Positions 45,565-58,967 of a DNA stretch of 64,000 bases are shown here, piece after piece. Source of the stretch: Eledone cirrhosa (lineage: Eukaryota); contig OZ024758.1 of assembly GCA_964016885.1 (NCBI GenBank), positions 28,086,001 to 28,150,000 on the forward strand, in the 5' to 3' direction. Each line of letters starts with the position of its first letter. Position 1 is the first letter of the stretch. Both the position numbers and the translations under genes were made by a program. Under the pieces are notes generated by a model. It was not told where the DNA came from. It was given only the letters and a program-made list of their open reading frames with translations, and made no database searches.

Positions 45565-45750
45565 AGTGAATTGGCAGTATCGGTAGAGGGTCGGACGCCA
45601 TGCTTTGATGCATAGAGTTACGGCCCTTGCCATTCTGAGTTCAAATCCCGCCGAGGTTAACTTTGCCTTTCATCCTTAAGGGGTCGATAAAATAAAGTAC
45701 CAGTAATGCACTGGGTAATTGCTGGCCTTGTGCCAAAAGTAGAAACAATT
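45565..45750 (+). mobile_element. tRNA-derived SINE family A (~190 bp). About 20 copies, e.g. 886-1079, 2187-2370, 2739-2925, 5017-5195, 15143-15315, 18229-18416, 34050-34220, 45011-45180, 50782-50966, 62588-62752
   Basis: A-box TGGCAGTATCGGTAG and B-box GAGTTCAAATCCC. Central GCCTTTCATCCTTA.GGGGTCGATAAAAT..AGTACCAG resembles the MetaSINE-type domain (from memory). (AAT)n tail. Confidence 0.85.
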
Positions 45751-46107
45751 ATAAGTGGATGTAAAGCAACAAAAATAATATACATACATACAGTTCCAAA
45801 CATTAAACAAAGAATATTAATGATTTTTACATATCTTAATATATGATTCGTGAGTGAATAATAATAACATTATAATAATATCATAGCATGATTAATATTT
45901 GGTTTGTTTATGAGTAAACAGCCTCATAAAACACCACGTGGTAGACGACAACATCAGCCTTTTGTGGTACCAGTGGTAGCTGAGAGAAAACAATTGACAA
46001 TTGTTTCGGAGTGTCTTGCTCCTTGTCAAGATTGTGTATTCTGCTCATTCTGCTACCTGCTGGAACTGCTGAGAATACATATTATTCTCAAATGTATACA
46101 TCAGGTG

Positions 46108-46455
46108 CATCACGAGAATGCTGCGGATGGCTCTGAACATTAATCAGTATACACTGAGGATGAAAAACTCAGAGCTGTATGGGAGCATCCCAAAAGTCAG
46201 CTCAAAAGTGACACAGAGGAGACTGAGGTTGGCTGGATATGCTCACCGACATCCAGAGTTGACACTTCACTCAGTGTTGCTGTGGGAGCCCCTACATGGA
46301 CACACTGGAAGAGGAAGACCAAGGTTAACGTATGTTGATGCCCTAAGGACAGACACTGGTCTGTTGGAGACGCAGGACATGGCAGCGATAATGAGGGACA
46401 GTGACCACTGGAGAGAACTCGTCCATGGATCTCGGGAATTTTACCCGCCTTAGAA
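46108..46455 (+). mobile_element. RTE/RTEX-type LINE 3' fragment with a 12-bp TSD
   Basis: MLRMALNI..RRLRLAGYAHRH..LLWEP.HG..GRGRPRLTYVD. ATACATCAGGTG is duplicated at 46096-46107 and 46456-46467. Confidence 0.85.
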
Positions 46456-46871
46456 ATACATCAGGTGATTAGTCTCATTTTCATACCTTTAGGTATCCAT
46501 CACGTTAAGAGCGAAAACAAATTTTGTTTTCTTAATATATCATTTTTTTTTTACATTAAAAAGGTTTATATTTTAATAATGAAATCATAGAAATAATTTG
46601 TCCAACTTCAAATACTAAAAATATAATAATGTGTGTGTGTGAAGGCATGTGGCTGAGTGGTTAGAGAATTGGATTCACAATCTTGAGGTTGTCAGTTCGG
46701 TTCCTGGACCGGGTGATGCGTTATGTCCTTGAGCAAGACACTTTATTTCACGTTGCTCCTTCTACCTGGAGTTGCGACCGATAGATAGTATTAGCAATTG
46801 GAAAGACCAACGGAAACATTGTTTCCTCGGTCCGATTTGACGAAAGTTAATCGATCCTATATATATATATA

Positions 46872-47325
46872 GGCGCTACGCAGTAATACAGAAGATCCGC
46901 CTTGCCTATGTACAAAGCGAAACCTACAGTCAGTAGGCACCTCTTAACCAAATATACACCCCAATCCACTACCCCTACCCTATCCTCCCACTACCACCAC
47001 CCTCTCTCTGTAAAGTTGGTACCACAACATCCAGTCCAAATAAATGAGATAATGAGATCGAGATCGTGTAGGTGTCACGACAAAAAAGCACACAGTCCAC
47101 GCTGTAATGTGGTCATGTAGGTAACACGGTAAAAAGTTCCCAGTCCACACTGTAAACGTGGTTGGAGTTAGGAAGGGCATCCAGCCGTAGAAAACCTGCC
47201 AGATAGTCCTATATGAGCGAGACACAGTCACCCGACCAACCTTGCCTCAAGTGGGACAACTCCCGTCTAACCCATGCTAGCATGGAAGATGGACGTTAAA
47301 CGAAGATGATGATGATGAGATGATG
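46872..47325 (+). mobile_element. Shorter copy of the long-UTR RTE 3' end, preceded by a SINE head (46641-46850)
   Basis: Homologous to the reverse complement of 60088-60490. Confidence 0.8.
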
Positions 47326-47395
47326 ATATATATATATATATCATCATCATCATCTTCGTTTAACGTCCATTTTCCACGCTAGCATAGGATATATA

Positions 47396-48275
47396 CAGGG
47401 TGCGGACGATATTTGTTCTCAAGATTACTGTCTAGGAAAAAATAACATAGTAGTTTTATTTTTTAACATTTATTTATCAAACTTGGGACAGTTTGTCTTC
47501 ATGACTTGTTCTTTCGATCTCACTCGATAAACCCGCCATTGGCTTTGATGACGTCCTCAAGGCGGCCTCGGAACCGGCTACAGGCCTTTGTCACTCTCCC
47601 CCGACTTAGGCCCCTAAAGGCACTTGTGATCCTGGCCTTCAGATCGTCTTTCGTATTGCAGCTAGATCTGTTGGTGTCTCGTTCCACTGCGCCCCACACA
47701 AAGAAGTCGAGGGGGTTGCAGTCAGGCGAGCTGGGAGGTCAGATGTCAGGTGAAGTGTGGTCGACGAAGTTCTCTGACAGCCAGGCTTGGGTCTTTCGGC
47801 TGGTATGGCAGGGCGCTGAGTCTTGCTGCCACACGTACGGCCTACCTGCAGCTAACTGGTTGATCCAGGGCTTTACTACCTCGCTCAGAACGCGGATGTA
47901 GCCATCGGTGTTCAGCTTGGCCCTCAGGGAAGAACTCGGGCGCTCTGAAGGCGTCAGATCATCGATCATGTGTTTTCCTCTCTGATGTTGCTTTGTAGTC
48001 GAATCCTCAATCTTCCAATTCCTTTCTGACCTTTTCCACCATTCTCCTGCTGACGCTGAGAAAGTGTAAAATTTCCTTATTTGTCCTCCCGGCGTGGATT
48101 CCAAGAAGAACTCCACAAATTTGGAGGTTCAAAATTATTCATAATCAATTATTCTGAAAATAAATAATGGAAATATCGTCACTGTTTTTATGAAGACAAA
48201 AGTGACAACGGAAGTAAAAAAAAATTGCATAAAATTAGCAGTTGAAAATTGCGAACAAATATCGTCCGCACCCTG
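47396..48275 (-). mobile_element. Internally deleted Tc1/mariner DD37D (maT-type) transposon
   Basis: TIRs CAGGGTGCGGACGATATTTGTTC flanked by TA. Transposase C-terminus WQQDSAPCHTS..*PPSSPDCNPLDFFVWG, with 37 residues between the 2nd and 3rd Asp and a TGG>TGA stop. Confidence 0.9.
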
Positions 48276-48718
48276 TATATATAGTGAAAAAAGTGTGGCC
48301 GTTAGAAAAACAACTTAAATACAAATATTTTAATAATCCAAAATGGAGAAAGTAGGCTTTACAATTTGTGTACATGTTATAAAGATCCTTTATATATATA
48401 CCAGATGCACTTTTCAAACCATTTTCCTTATATATATATATACATACATAAATACACGACAACACTGTAAAGTGGTTGTGTAGGAGTCACAACAAAAAGC
48501 ACCCAGCACACACTGTAAATGTAGTTGGCGTTATGAAGGGCATCCAGCTGTAGAAACCTAGCTAGAAACAGTTCTATATGAGCAAAACATGGTCACCTAA
48601 CCCAGCTTACCTTTATGGGGGGAGAACCTGTCCAACCCATGTTAGCGTGGAAACTGGACGTTAAACGATGATGATGATATATATATATATGTAGATGATA
48701 TATATATATGTATATAAG

Positions 48719-48750
<32 letters not shown>

Positions 48751-50026
48751 AGTATTGAAACAGGCCATATCCAGCTGGAATTCTCTCAACACTTTCTGTT
48801 CAAACTGGCCGTAACCAGCTGTTCATACTGGTGTTAAAGTATTGTTCTCAAAATAAATAACATCAAAATTTCATAGATTCAATATTATGTGAGATAATTA
48901 TGCGAGGTAAAGACTTTACTGAAAAAATACAATAGTAAATATAGAGTAATGTAAATGCTAACGGGTTAAATACTACTATAACATTTTTTCCAAACATTTT
49001 TTTTTCCGAAATAATGGTGTATCCTATACACTAATTTGTCTGATATCCAGAAAAATATGGTATATTGGTACACATTTCTTGTTCTATAACCCACTGGATA
49101 GCTGGAATAGTCACTAAAGAATTCATTTTCATAAATTAAGTCAGTCTAGCAGAGACTATCTAAATATTTTGGGGGAAAGAAGCTAAAGAAATACATGTGA
49201 TTTGATAGAGCTCTTACTACTTACAGCAACATTTGAGTCTACATGAAGTATTGAACCACCAAGGGTCAAAGCCCTCCATCACAGATTCACCACAGTGCTG
49301 GCAATGGAGTACAAAGTACTAGGGTTTTTTCAAAACACTGACGTGTATATATCATTTCATTTTCATCATCATCATTTCATTTTACGTCCGCTTTTTCCCT
49401 GCTTGCAAGGGTGGGACGGGAATTGATTCTGGGTTGATTTCTACAGCTGGATGCCCTTCCTAACACCAACCTCATTTACAGTGAGTGCTGGGTGCTTTTT
49501 TGCCGTGGCACCTCCACGACCACTTTGCAGTGGAATGATAGGGACCCTGGTCCCTATCTACTCATTTCTACAGCTGAGTAAACTGGAGCAATGCGAAATA
49601 AAGTGTCTTGCTTAAGGAAACAACACATCACTCGGTCTGAGAATTGAACTCACAACCTTTCGATTGCAAGGCCAATGCTCTAACCACTGAGCCATGTGGC
49701 TCCATATCTGTGTGCATATGCATACATTTATACGTATGAGTATATGAATATAATCACGCAAACACAGACACACTTACAAAAGTACACTCACAGACAAATA
49801 CACATACATTAACACACACATACTCATACACTCACACACAGCATAGCAAATGGTACGCCAGCTGCTGTTTTGCTATAGTTTTTCACCATCCCCTTCCTTC
49901 CTTTTACACACACATACATTCACACACAAACATTGTGTGACAGATGGATGGAAGTAACTCAAATTTATATATAGATGAACATCTTTTTAACTAGTTACGC
50001 CTCACTCCTTTCTCTACACATTTTTA

Positions 50027-50320
50027 TCTATATATAAATTTCTGCAATTCTGTCACAACATAAAGAGAGAGAAGTAGTTTGACTACCTCATACTACTCCT
50101 CTCTATGTCTGCTGCCTGTGTGAATGTACACGTGTGTAAAAGGAAGGAAGGGGAGGCATGTCTGTGCTTGCACATTTATTTTTATATACTCATACATATA
50201 AATGTCTGCATATGCACATACATACCCACACACACATACATACCCACACACACATACATACCCACACACACATACATACCCACACACACATACACGTCAC
50301 CGCATGGAAAAACATTCTAG
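50027..50320 (+). mobile_element. Non-autonomous Helitron-like element, family 2. Related copies at 20193-20427 (+), 49705-49978 (-), 61504-62130 (+), 1083-1980 (-)
   Basis: A|TCTATATATAAA...CATTCTAG|T termini, with shared internal GTCACA and GGAAGGAAGGGG segments. Confidence 0.65.
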
Positions 50321-51573
50321 TTTAACAAACATCTTAAAGATAATAATCATAATTGTTTCTACTTTAGGCACAAGGCCAGCAATTACCCAGTGCATTACTG
50401 GTACTTTATTTTATCGACCCCGTAGGGATTTGAACTCAGACTGTAAAGGGGCGTAACTATGCTAGAAAGCATGGCGTCCAACCCTCTACCGATACTCCCA
50501 ATTCACCGCCCTAGATAATAATCATAATACTAGAAAGAGATGCACATATATCAAGAGAGGGATGATCAATGTTGATTGCTTCCTGGACTATATCAATAAA
50601 TTCAATACATACTCTATTGGTGATGAATGCTAGTCAAATATTTTTATCACTTGATCTAACATTTATAAAAAATAAAATTGAGTTGTTTGAACATTTTCCA
50701 GTGAATGCTTTCAACATGACTAAACATGACATTTCTTTATTGTTAAATCATTAGTTGATGACTTATAGACATATTACAACTTGGATTGGCAGTATCGGTA
50801 GAGGGTCGGATGCCATGCTTTGACGTATAGAGTTACAGCCCTTGCCATTCTGAGTTCAAATCCCGCCGAGGTTAAACTTTGCCTTTCATCCTTACGGGGT
50901 CGATAAAATAAAGTACCAGTAATGCTCTGGGTAATTGCTGGCCTTGTGCCAAAAGTAGAAACAATTAATTGATATACTATTGAATTTCAGTGTATTCATT
51001 GCTGATACATTGCTATGGTCCCATAACTTATGAGGGAGTAGTGAGACCATAGCACATGCCATATCGATATCTTGATATACACCCTATTTCAATTAATTAA
51101 TTAATAATTTTGACGGATTTATGGAAATTATTGATTATTTTATTACTAAGAAAGTAACATAACATATTGTATATAAAATTATGTTAGAAGTTTTTTAAAA
51201 TTTTTTATTCAAATAGGAAGACTTTAAAATGGGTGGGTTAGTATCAAATAAGTTAAGAACTATGAGAAATTAAACCCAACTAGCTTAGAAAATAAAAAAT
51301 GATGAGAACTACAGCAGATACTACAATGGATGGTCATATTTTGCTATATTTAAAAACTAGATTCCACAAAGGCCATTTTTAATCAGACTGATCCCAGTCC
51401 CCTGTACTAAATAACATGCAACATTTAGTTATTCTTTTTTTCACAGATTTTAACATAATAATCTCCACACTTGGCCTTTCTATTAAAAAGACAATAGATA
51501 TGTTGTGAACCTTCTTAGCTAAGCCAAACAGTATATTCTAGTTTCCCACAATACTTTTATATCTATATAAATC

Positions 51574-51925
51574 TTCTTCTTCTCCTACTCATTCCTGAGA
51601 GGGTCGTGGGGGAAGAGTCCTCGAACACTCCCTCCAGTGGGTCCTGTCAGAAGCAACCGTCTCCAACTGATCCAGCTAGATCCCTAAGTGTGACCAGCCA
51701 AGCCCACACACAATAGATTTGATGCCGAGTGCTGCATGGCTGGAATTAAAATCAGTGCTGCGAAAACTGAGACACTCATCCTCTCAAGGAAGCCTGCGCA
51801 GTGCACGCTACATGTGGAGTTCCACTGAAGCAGGTGGAGAAATTCAAGTACCTTGGGGCCATGTTCACAAGTGATGGAAGGCAGGAGGAGGCTGAATTAA
51901 GTGCAAGAATTGCAAAATCTGGTGC
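51574..51925. mobile_element. RTE LINE fragment in two opposite orientations
   Basis: Minus-strand 3' end with a (GAA)n tail at 51574-51705. Plus-strand RT piece (GIKISAAKTE..LKQVEKFKYLG..TSDG) at ~51715-51925. Confidence 0.65.
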
Positions 51926-52634
51926 AGAAGCTTTTGCCGTATTTTTGACTAAAGAAATGTTAGCCTGATAGTGGGGTTTAGAACCCCTAAGAAGTGGAAA
52001 GTCAATACTCATCTTTTCCCATTCCTTAGAGGGTTCTAAACCCCACTATCAGGCTAAAATTTCTGCAGTCAAAAATATGGCGACAGCTTCTATTTCTAAT
52101 TTCAAATTCACTCGTTTCAACAACATACTATATATAATTTCTTATTAATTTCCTATTTTTAGAATTGGATTAAGTTATATTTCAGAAGTATTCAATACTA
52201 TTAACACAGTTATAATTAAGTAAGCACTACAACACAATGTGAGGAGCACAATAAATTTAGTTAATCAAGCCGGCATAAACAATCGACAAGACCCCAGACC
52301 TCACTTGCTTAACGAATCAGGTGGAACTCATCAAATCGGGCCGAGGAAACAATTTTTCCATTGGTCTTTCCAATTGCTAATACTATCTGTCGGCTGCTAA
52401 TCCAGGCAGAAGTATAAACAATGAAAATATTTAAATCAATCAGACTAACACAAAAGCAATGATTAAGAAAAGCCCTCCGTAGTAGGTTCAGAAGTCAGAT
52501 TAGTTTGTAGCAGATGGACAGCTCGAGGATTCAAAGAGGTAATGTAAGGGAGAGAAGAAGGAGAAGGGGAAGCAATGACAACTCCACAAATACCAGCCAC
52601 TGATATTTCTCTGCATCTCTTTAGACAACTATCA

Positions 52635-53370
52635 TCCTCCACATATATAAGTTGTTACCATCACAGTCCTGTCTTGCACACCTCCACATATATAAGTTGA
52701 TACCATCACAGTCCTGTCTTGCACACCTCCACATATATAAGTTGTTACCATCACAGTCCTGTCTTGCACACCTCCTCATATATAAGTTGTTACCATCACA
52801 GTCTTGTCTTGCACACCTCCACATATATAAGTTGTTACCATCACAGTCCTGTCTTGCACACCTCCTCATATATAAGTTGTTACCATCACAGTCTTGTCTT
52901 GCACACCTCCTCATATATAAGTTGTTACCATCACAGTCCTGTCTTGCACACCTCCACATGTATAAGTTGTTACCATCACAGTCCTGTCTTGCACACCTCC
53001 ACATGTATAAGTTGTTACCATCACAGTTCTGTCTTGCACACCTCCACATATATAAGTTGTTACCATCACAGTCCTGTCTTGCACACCTCCACATATATAA
53101 GTTGATACCATCACAGTCCTGTCTTGCACACCTCCACATATATAAGTTGTTACCATCACAGTCCTGTCTTGCACACCTCCACATGTATAAGTTGTTACCA
53201 TCACAGTCCTGTCTTGCACACCTCCTCATGTATAAGTTGTTACCATCACAGTCCTGTCTTGCACACCTCCTCATATATAAGTTGTTACCATCACAGTCCT
53301 GTCTTGCACACCTCCTCATATATGAGTTGTTACCATCACAGTCCTGTCTTGCACACCTCCTCATATATCC
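52635..53370. repeat. 45-bp minisatellite, ~16 copies, within a decayed RTE fragment
   Basis: Unit GTTGTTACCATCACAGTCCTGTCTTGCACACCTCCACATATATAA. The adjacent minus strand reads ASMLLWMCGV..LRKEL. Confidence 0.9.
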
Positions 53371-54129
53371 ACCTTTCATATAATCCATACAGAGTTCTTT
53401 TCTCAGCTTGCCCACACCACACATCCACAAGAGCATACTTGCCCCATCTCCGTCCAATTTTCACAGGTTCTCTGCAGTCAAGGCATATGTCTCACTGCCA
53501 TGTAGCATTGCTGCTCACATGAGCCACCATACAGCTTCCCCTTACTCTCAGTGAGAAACCCCTAATGTTCACATAGGTACCAGTACTCACTAAACCTCCT
53601 CCTACCCATTCTCATTCTGGCTGCTTCACTTTCAGATCATCTTCTCCCACTGCTGATTAGGTCACCAGTCAAAAATGTCATCAACAACTCTAGGGAGCCT
53701 CTGGGCAATTGAGGGAATCTATTTTCTGTGTGCTCCTAGTGCTTATTTCTTTGTATCCACTGCACACAAAGTCTCTTTTCTGTCAATCTACTATAATCCT
53801 ATTACATTTCTTGTGCATCCATAGATTATACAATCTGCACTACCTCTCTGACATACCTAACAAAGCCTCTTCCCTGACCAGGCTTCTCTCCTCCTTCCCA
53901 CTTATCAAAACATAAGCTCTCTCTCTCTCTATATATATATATTATTCAAAATATTAATAAATGAAGACATTTACATAATCAAAATATGTTTTATTATATA
54001 AAATACATGAATTGTATAAAATACATGAATTGATGTATGACATACCTCAACGGTCTTGATGTATTTTACTACCAATACGGGAATTGAACCATCAAGACCG
54101 TTGAGTTATGTCATAAATCAATTCATGTA

Positions 54130-54191
54130 TTTTATCTGACGAGGACGTACTGAAAAAACAGCACAGTACCTTCGAAATATATATAATAAAA
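54130..54191 (+). ncRNA. Minimal hammerhead ribozyme motif (family H1)
   Basis: TTTTAT-CTGACGA-GG..GTACTG..CAGTAC.CTTC-GAAA-TATATA-TA-ATAAAA. Confidence 0.7.
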
Positions 54192-54192
54192 C

Positions 54193-54237
54193 ACTCTGAA
54201 GACTCCAAGCCTAGGTTTGGATGAAACAATTGTAAGT
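54193..54237 (+). ncRNA. Minimal hammerhead ribozyme motif (family H2), directly tandem to the previous one
   Basis: ACT-CTGAAGA-C-TCCAAGCC-TA-GGTTTGGA-T-GAAAC-AATT-GTA-AGT. Palindromic stem III ACAATTGT, GUA cleavage triplet. Confidence 0.65.
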
Positions 54238-54592
54238 TAATAAATGCTTTGAACATAGCTTTGATTCCTGTGAATTCTATATAACTGCTCTGTAGGACAA
54301 CTGATGTTATTACATTGAGCTATTTATCTTACTGGTAATAAGGTAGTAATAAATTACTGTCTTTCACTGTTTAGGGTTTAAAATATATATAACTATAAAA
54401 AGTTTTAATATATACATAACCATAAATAGTATCCCTAATATTATAATAAAACATATATTTTGATTATGTGAATGTCTTCATTTATTAGTATTTTGAATAA
54501 TATTAATAAACCCAGAAAACTTTTTTGTAGAGTGCTTTTAATCTATTGTAAAACTATATTCAATGAGTAATCAATGAAACATTAATCTTTGG

Positions 54593-54631
<39 letters not shown>

Positions 54632-54875
54632 TCAAGTTTTCCAAGAGATGTCAACATGAACGGACCTGTTATTTTATTCTAAAGACATCTTTTCCAATCC
54701 CACCCCACCCGTCCCTTCAATCTATCTTATTTCTCATTCTTTCTTTTGACGAAGGACTAGCATCCAAAACGATAAGACCCTCTCCTGCTATTTCAAGCGT
54801 TTACCTAATATATTCCTTCCATATACTGTACCGATTGTGTTGTTATTTCTGTTTCCCTTTTAAATACACACACAC

Positions 54876-54948
<73 letters not shown>

Positions 54949-55467
54949 AAATTTGAAACTTTTTCATTATTTGCTAAACATTGATTATATATGTTCTGGC
55001 TCGTTAATTTATTAACCTGCCATTGAACCACATTGGCATATGGTTGGACAATACATGTGTCCCTTAGCGCCTTGTGCGTGTAGGAACACATATCCTATTA
55101 TTACTATTCTCCTCTACGTTGAGAAAAAAATTTGGTCATTCCGACTGCTGCTAGTGATAGTGGTGGCCGATTGCCCTACCTCCCTCTGCCTCTATCTTTA
55201 CTTCGGCCCTTGAAAAAATTGATTCCACTTCATTTACTCTCATCTCGGGAACAGTTTTGGATAGCGCTAGTTCGTAATTTAAATTCAAGAATTTTATATT
55301 TTTCGAATGAAAAGAACCTTCTGACGAGAATCTTTCTTTGCAACGAAGGCCGTATGGTCTTCGTTTATTTTTGAGATTCGAAACCGATTCGGTAAAGGTA
55401 ACTATAGTAGGTAAAGTCAATTTTTTAAAATTTATTTTGAAACTTTTTCATTATTTGCTAAACCTTG

Positions 55468-55536
<69 letters not shown>

Positions 55537-55561
55537 ATATATATATATATATGTGTGTGTA

Positions 55562-55618
<57 letters not shown>

Positions 55619-55844
55619 ACAAGGGAATGGGTGAAGGCTTTCAAGAATATCACCTTTGTCCCTTATCATTTCGATTTGGATTGCCCTGAAAACGTAACCT
55701 TATTATGTAAGCTGTCTGAGGAGATCACGTCACTGGGTACATGGAACCTTAATGTGTAAACTAACATAATGATTATGAAAAAATATTGCATATATATATC
55801 ATCATCGTCCACTTTCCCTGCTATATATATATATATATATATAT

Positions 55845-56234
55845 ATTTATTCAGGTTTGAGGTTCACCACTAGATAGAGCTGGTCAATTCCGTATGGTCA
55901 ATCTCAATGTAATAATATGGAGAGTACTCAACGTAAAGCAGTTCAACCGTCTTTGTTTTTGTAGTTGGTGGTGCTATTACGGAGTTAAATATTATAATGA
56001 AATGACAGGAGGCTGGACTTGTGTAAATCCTTGAAGGGTTTATTATACTATGATCATTTCAATGACCGAGTTCCGTATGAATCTGGTGATATCATCAGGT
56101 ATTCGAAATATAATAAGTGAATGTAATAGATAAAATCCATGGGGCTGAAAATCAAAGACACGAGGGTCTTGAAAAGATCATAGTATAATAAACCTTTCAA
56201 GGATTTACACAAATCCAGCTTCCTGTCATTTCAT

Positions 56235-56240
<6 letters not shown>
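55845..56240 (-). mobile_element. Second copy of the H4 Penelope-like element, with a partial inverted arm
   Basis: Reverse-complement homology to 59190-59465. Hammerhead-like motif at 56045-56102 with palindrome ATGATCAT. (TA)n on both sides. Confidence 0.55.
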
Positions 56241-56278
<38 letters not shown>

Positions 56279-57699
56279 ATAATAATAAATTTGAAGACTA
56301 AAATGCAAAGAGGGCTCGATAAGGATAAATATATATAAAATATATAAGAACCCTAGAGCAAATATTTATATATGCAAAAGAAACAGAAATAACAATGCAA
56401 ATGAGCAATCAATCAACACAGTACAATGAAGAAATATATATATATCACTACCCTCTCCCTTCCACTAGCACTCCCTTGCCAAGCAAACAAAGGGTCAGGA
56501 GAGCCCTTCAGTTGTGTTATGGACATGACAACCTCCCTAGTGTTGGTGATCTACAGCATAAACACACCCAGTACATGCTGTAAAGTGGTTGATGATAGCA
56601 AGGACATCCAGCCATAGAGATCTTGCCAAATAAAGGGTTGGTAGGTCCCTCAGTTGTGTCAAAGGCATGTAAACCTCTGCTGAGCATTCGATGGAATGTG
56701 AGACCGTACATAAGTGATACACAGATGCCTGGCTTGCTTGGGAGATCAGTGGCTCCGCTTCAGTACGGACATGTTAGGCTCAATGTAGACCAGTCCAACC
56801 CTTGCTAGCAGGGAAAGCGGATGTTAAAACGACAATGATGACCATGATGATGATGACAATGATTTAAAACAAAAAGTTTTTTAAAAAATGAAGAAAATAT
56901 TGTAAAATAAAATAAGAGAAAATTATGAAAAGTGTAACATACTTTTTAGATTAAACATTTCTAACATAAACACACAACTAGACATTTGTTGGGGAGAGAT
57001 CAGTAGATTATATTGATTTGTGTATTTAACAGATTCTTATCAACCTTGTAAAGATGAAAGGCATAACCAGCTGCTCATACTTATGTTAAGGTGTTGTTCT
57101 CAAAATAAATATCAAAATCTCATAGATTTGATATATGAGATAAAGCCTTTACCATGAAAATACAATAATAAATATAGAATAATGTAAATGCTAAAGGGTT
57201 AAAGAAAGACCAAAATAGAACTGTTCATCTATAGCAATGATAGATACATATGAACCAGCAAAACCTTGAGACTAATTATGTCGACAACTCTCAAAAGAGG
57301 ATATGAAAAAAAAAACGTTTTTAATTAGAATATTAGCTAAATTACCTAAAGGTACAGATTAAATAAAAGTAATTGTCTAATATTGATCATTAATCCTCTT
57401 TTTTTTCTGAATCATCACTTGCTCACATGTTATTTAAGAAGATTTGAGTTACAGATTATTAGAACTAACTTTCCTACTTATTAGATATTTATACTTGAAC
57501 AAATAATATGTTTTACTTTGATTATGCTTCAGTATAAATTCAAATTCCTTATAGTTTTTTTTTTCTCAGCATTTTCTTTGATAAGTTAAAAAAATATTAT
57601 TGAGTTAAAATTTGAAATAATAATTTGAGCTATACAGGTGTGGCAAGCCACATATATTCTAGCCATTAGAAGAAAAGCAAAATGAATGATTCCACTTTT

Positions 57700-57915
57700 G
57701 AAAGAAGAAGAAGAAAAAGAAGAAAAAAGAAAAAGAAGAAGAAAAAGAAGAAGCAGAAGAATGAAGAAGAAGAAGAAAAAGAAGGAAGAAGAAGAAACAG
57801 AAAGAAAAAGAAGAAGAAGAAGAAGCAGAAGAAACAGAAGAAGAAGAAGAAGAAAAGAAAAGGAATAAAAAGAAAAAGTAGCAGAAAAAGAAAAAGAAGA
57901 AGCAGAAAAATAAGA
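57700..57915. repeat. (GAA)n-like purine tract
   Basis: Direct inspection. Confidence 0.9.
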
Positions 57916-58967
57916 AGATGTTTTCTTTATTACCCCCTCCTTCCATACACACAACAACAATAAATCACAATTACAAATTCAAGCAATTAACAGGTACAAA
58001 ACTGCAAAACACATTTCAGACGTCGATAAAGTTGTTAAACAGGCTAATGGTAGGAAAATATTTGCTTTAGAAACTGCAAAAGAGGTTATACAATATATTC
58101 CCATCAAATGTACAGAAGTTTAAACCAAATCCATTAAATACGCTACCAACCTTATTTCTGACTTGAGTAATTCACATAAAAATACACGAAACAATGAACT
58201 TTTAGAGAGAGTAATACTAAACGTATTTGTTCTATTATAATACTTAAAATCGTGAATCAATTTGGTTTAAATAATTGTGTAGAAATGGTAGTAGCTTCTG
58301 AAACTATATCTATATACTTATTCTAGCTGCTATGCTCTCAGAGACCAACCTCCTCCTCCACTGCTAATTAGGTCACCTAGTAACAGAAGCTATCAACACC
58401 CTCTATGGAACCTTTCCATGATTGGAAAACATTTCACTGGTACGCACATGGCTTAGTGGTTAGAGCATTGGCCTTGCAATCGAAAGGTTGTGAGTTCAAT
58501 TCTCAGACCGGGTGATGTGTTGTTTCCTTGAGCAAGACACTTTATTTCACATTGCTCCAGTTTACTCAGCTGAAGAAATGAGATGATAAGGACTGGGGTC
58601 CCTATCATTCCACTGCCAAGTGGTCGTGGAGGTGCCACGGCAAAAAAAGCGCCCAGCACTCACTGTAAATGAGGTTGGTATTAGGAAGGGCATCCAGCTG
58701 TAGAGATCAAGCCAGAATAAGTTCCCGTCCCATCCTTGCAAGCAGGGAAAAGTGGATGTAAAATGATGATGATGACTCACTACCAACTGACTCAATACTT
58801 CTCTCGCATACAAATATATCTATATTTTGTGATTATATTACACTAGGGTGAAAGCAGAAATTGTTTGCTTAAACTTTAAATCTATGCTGATAATAAATAT
58901 TTGCTCCACGGGTTTATATATACTGATCAGACACACGCATACACATTATATATATATATATATATAT

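Noticed and set aside
57586-57963. Lys/Arg/Glu-rich and Phe/Ser-rich ORFs
   Set aside because: (GAA)n low-complexity tract.
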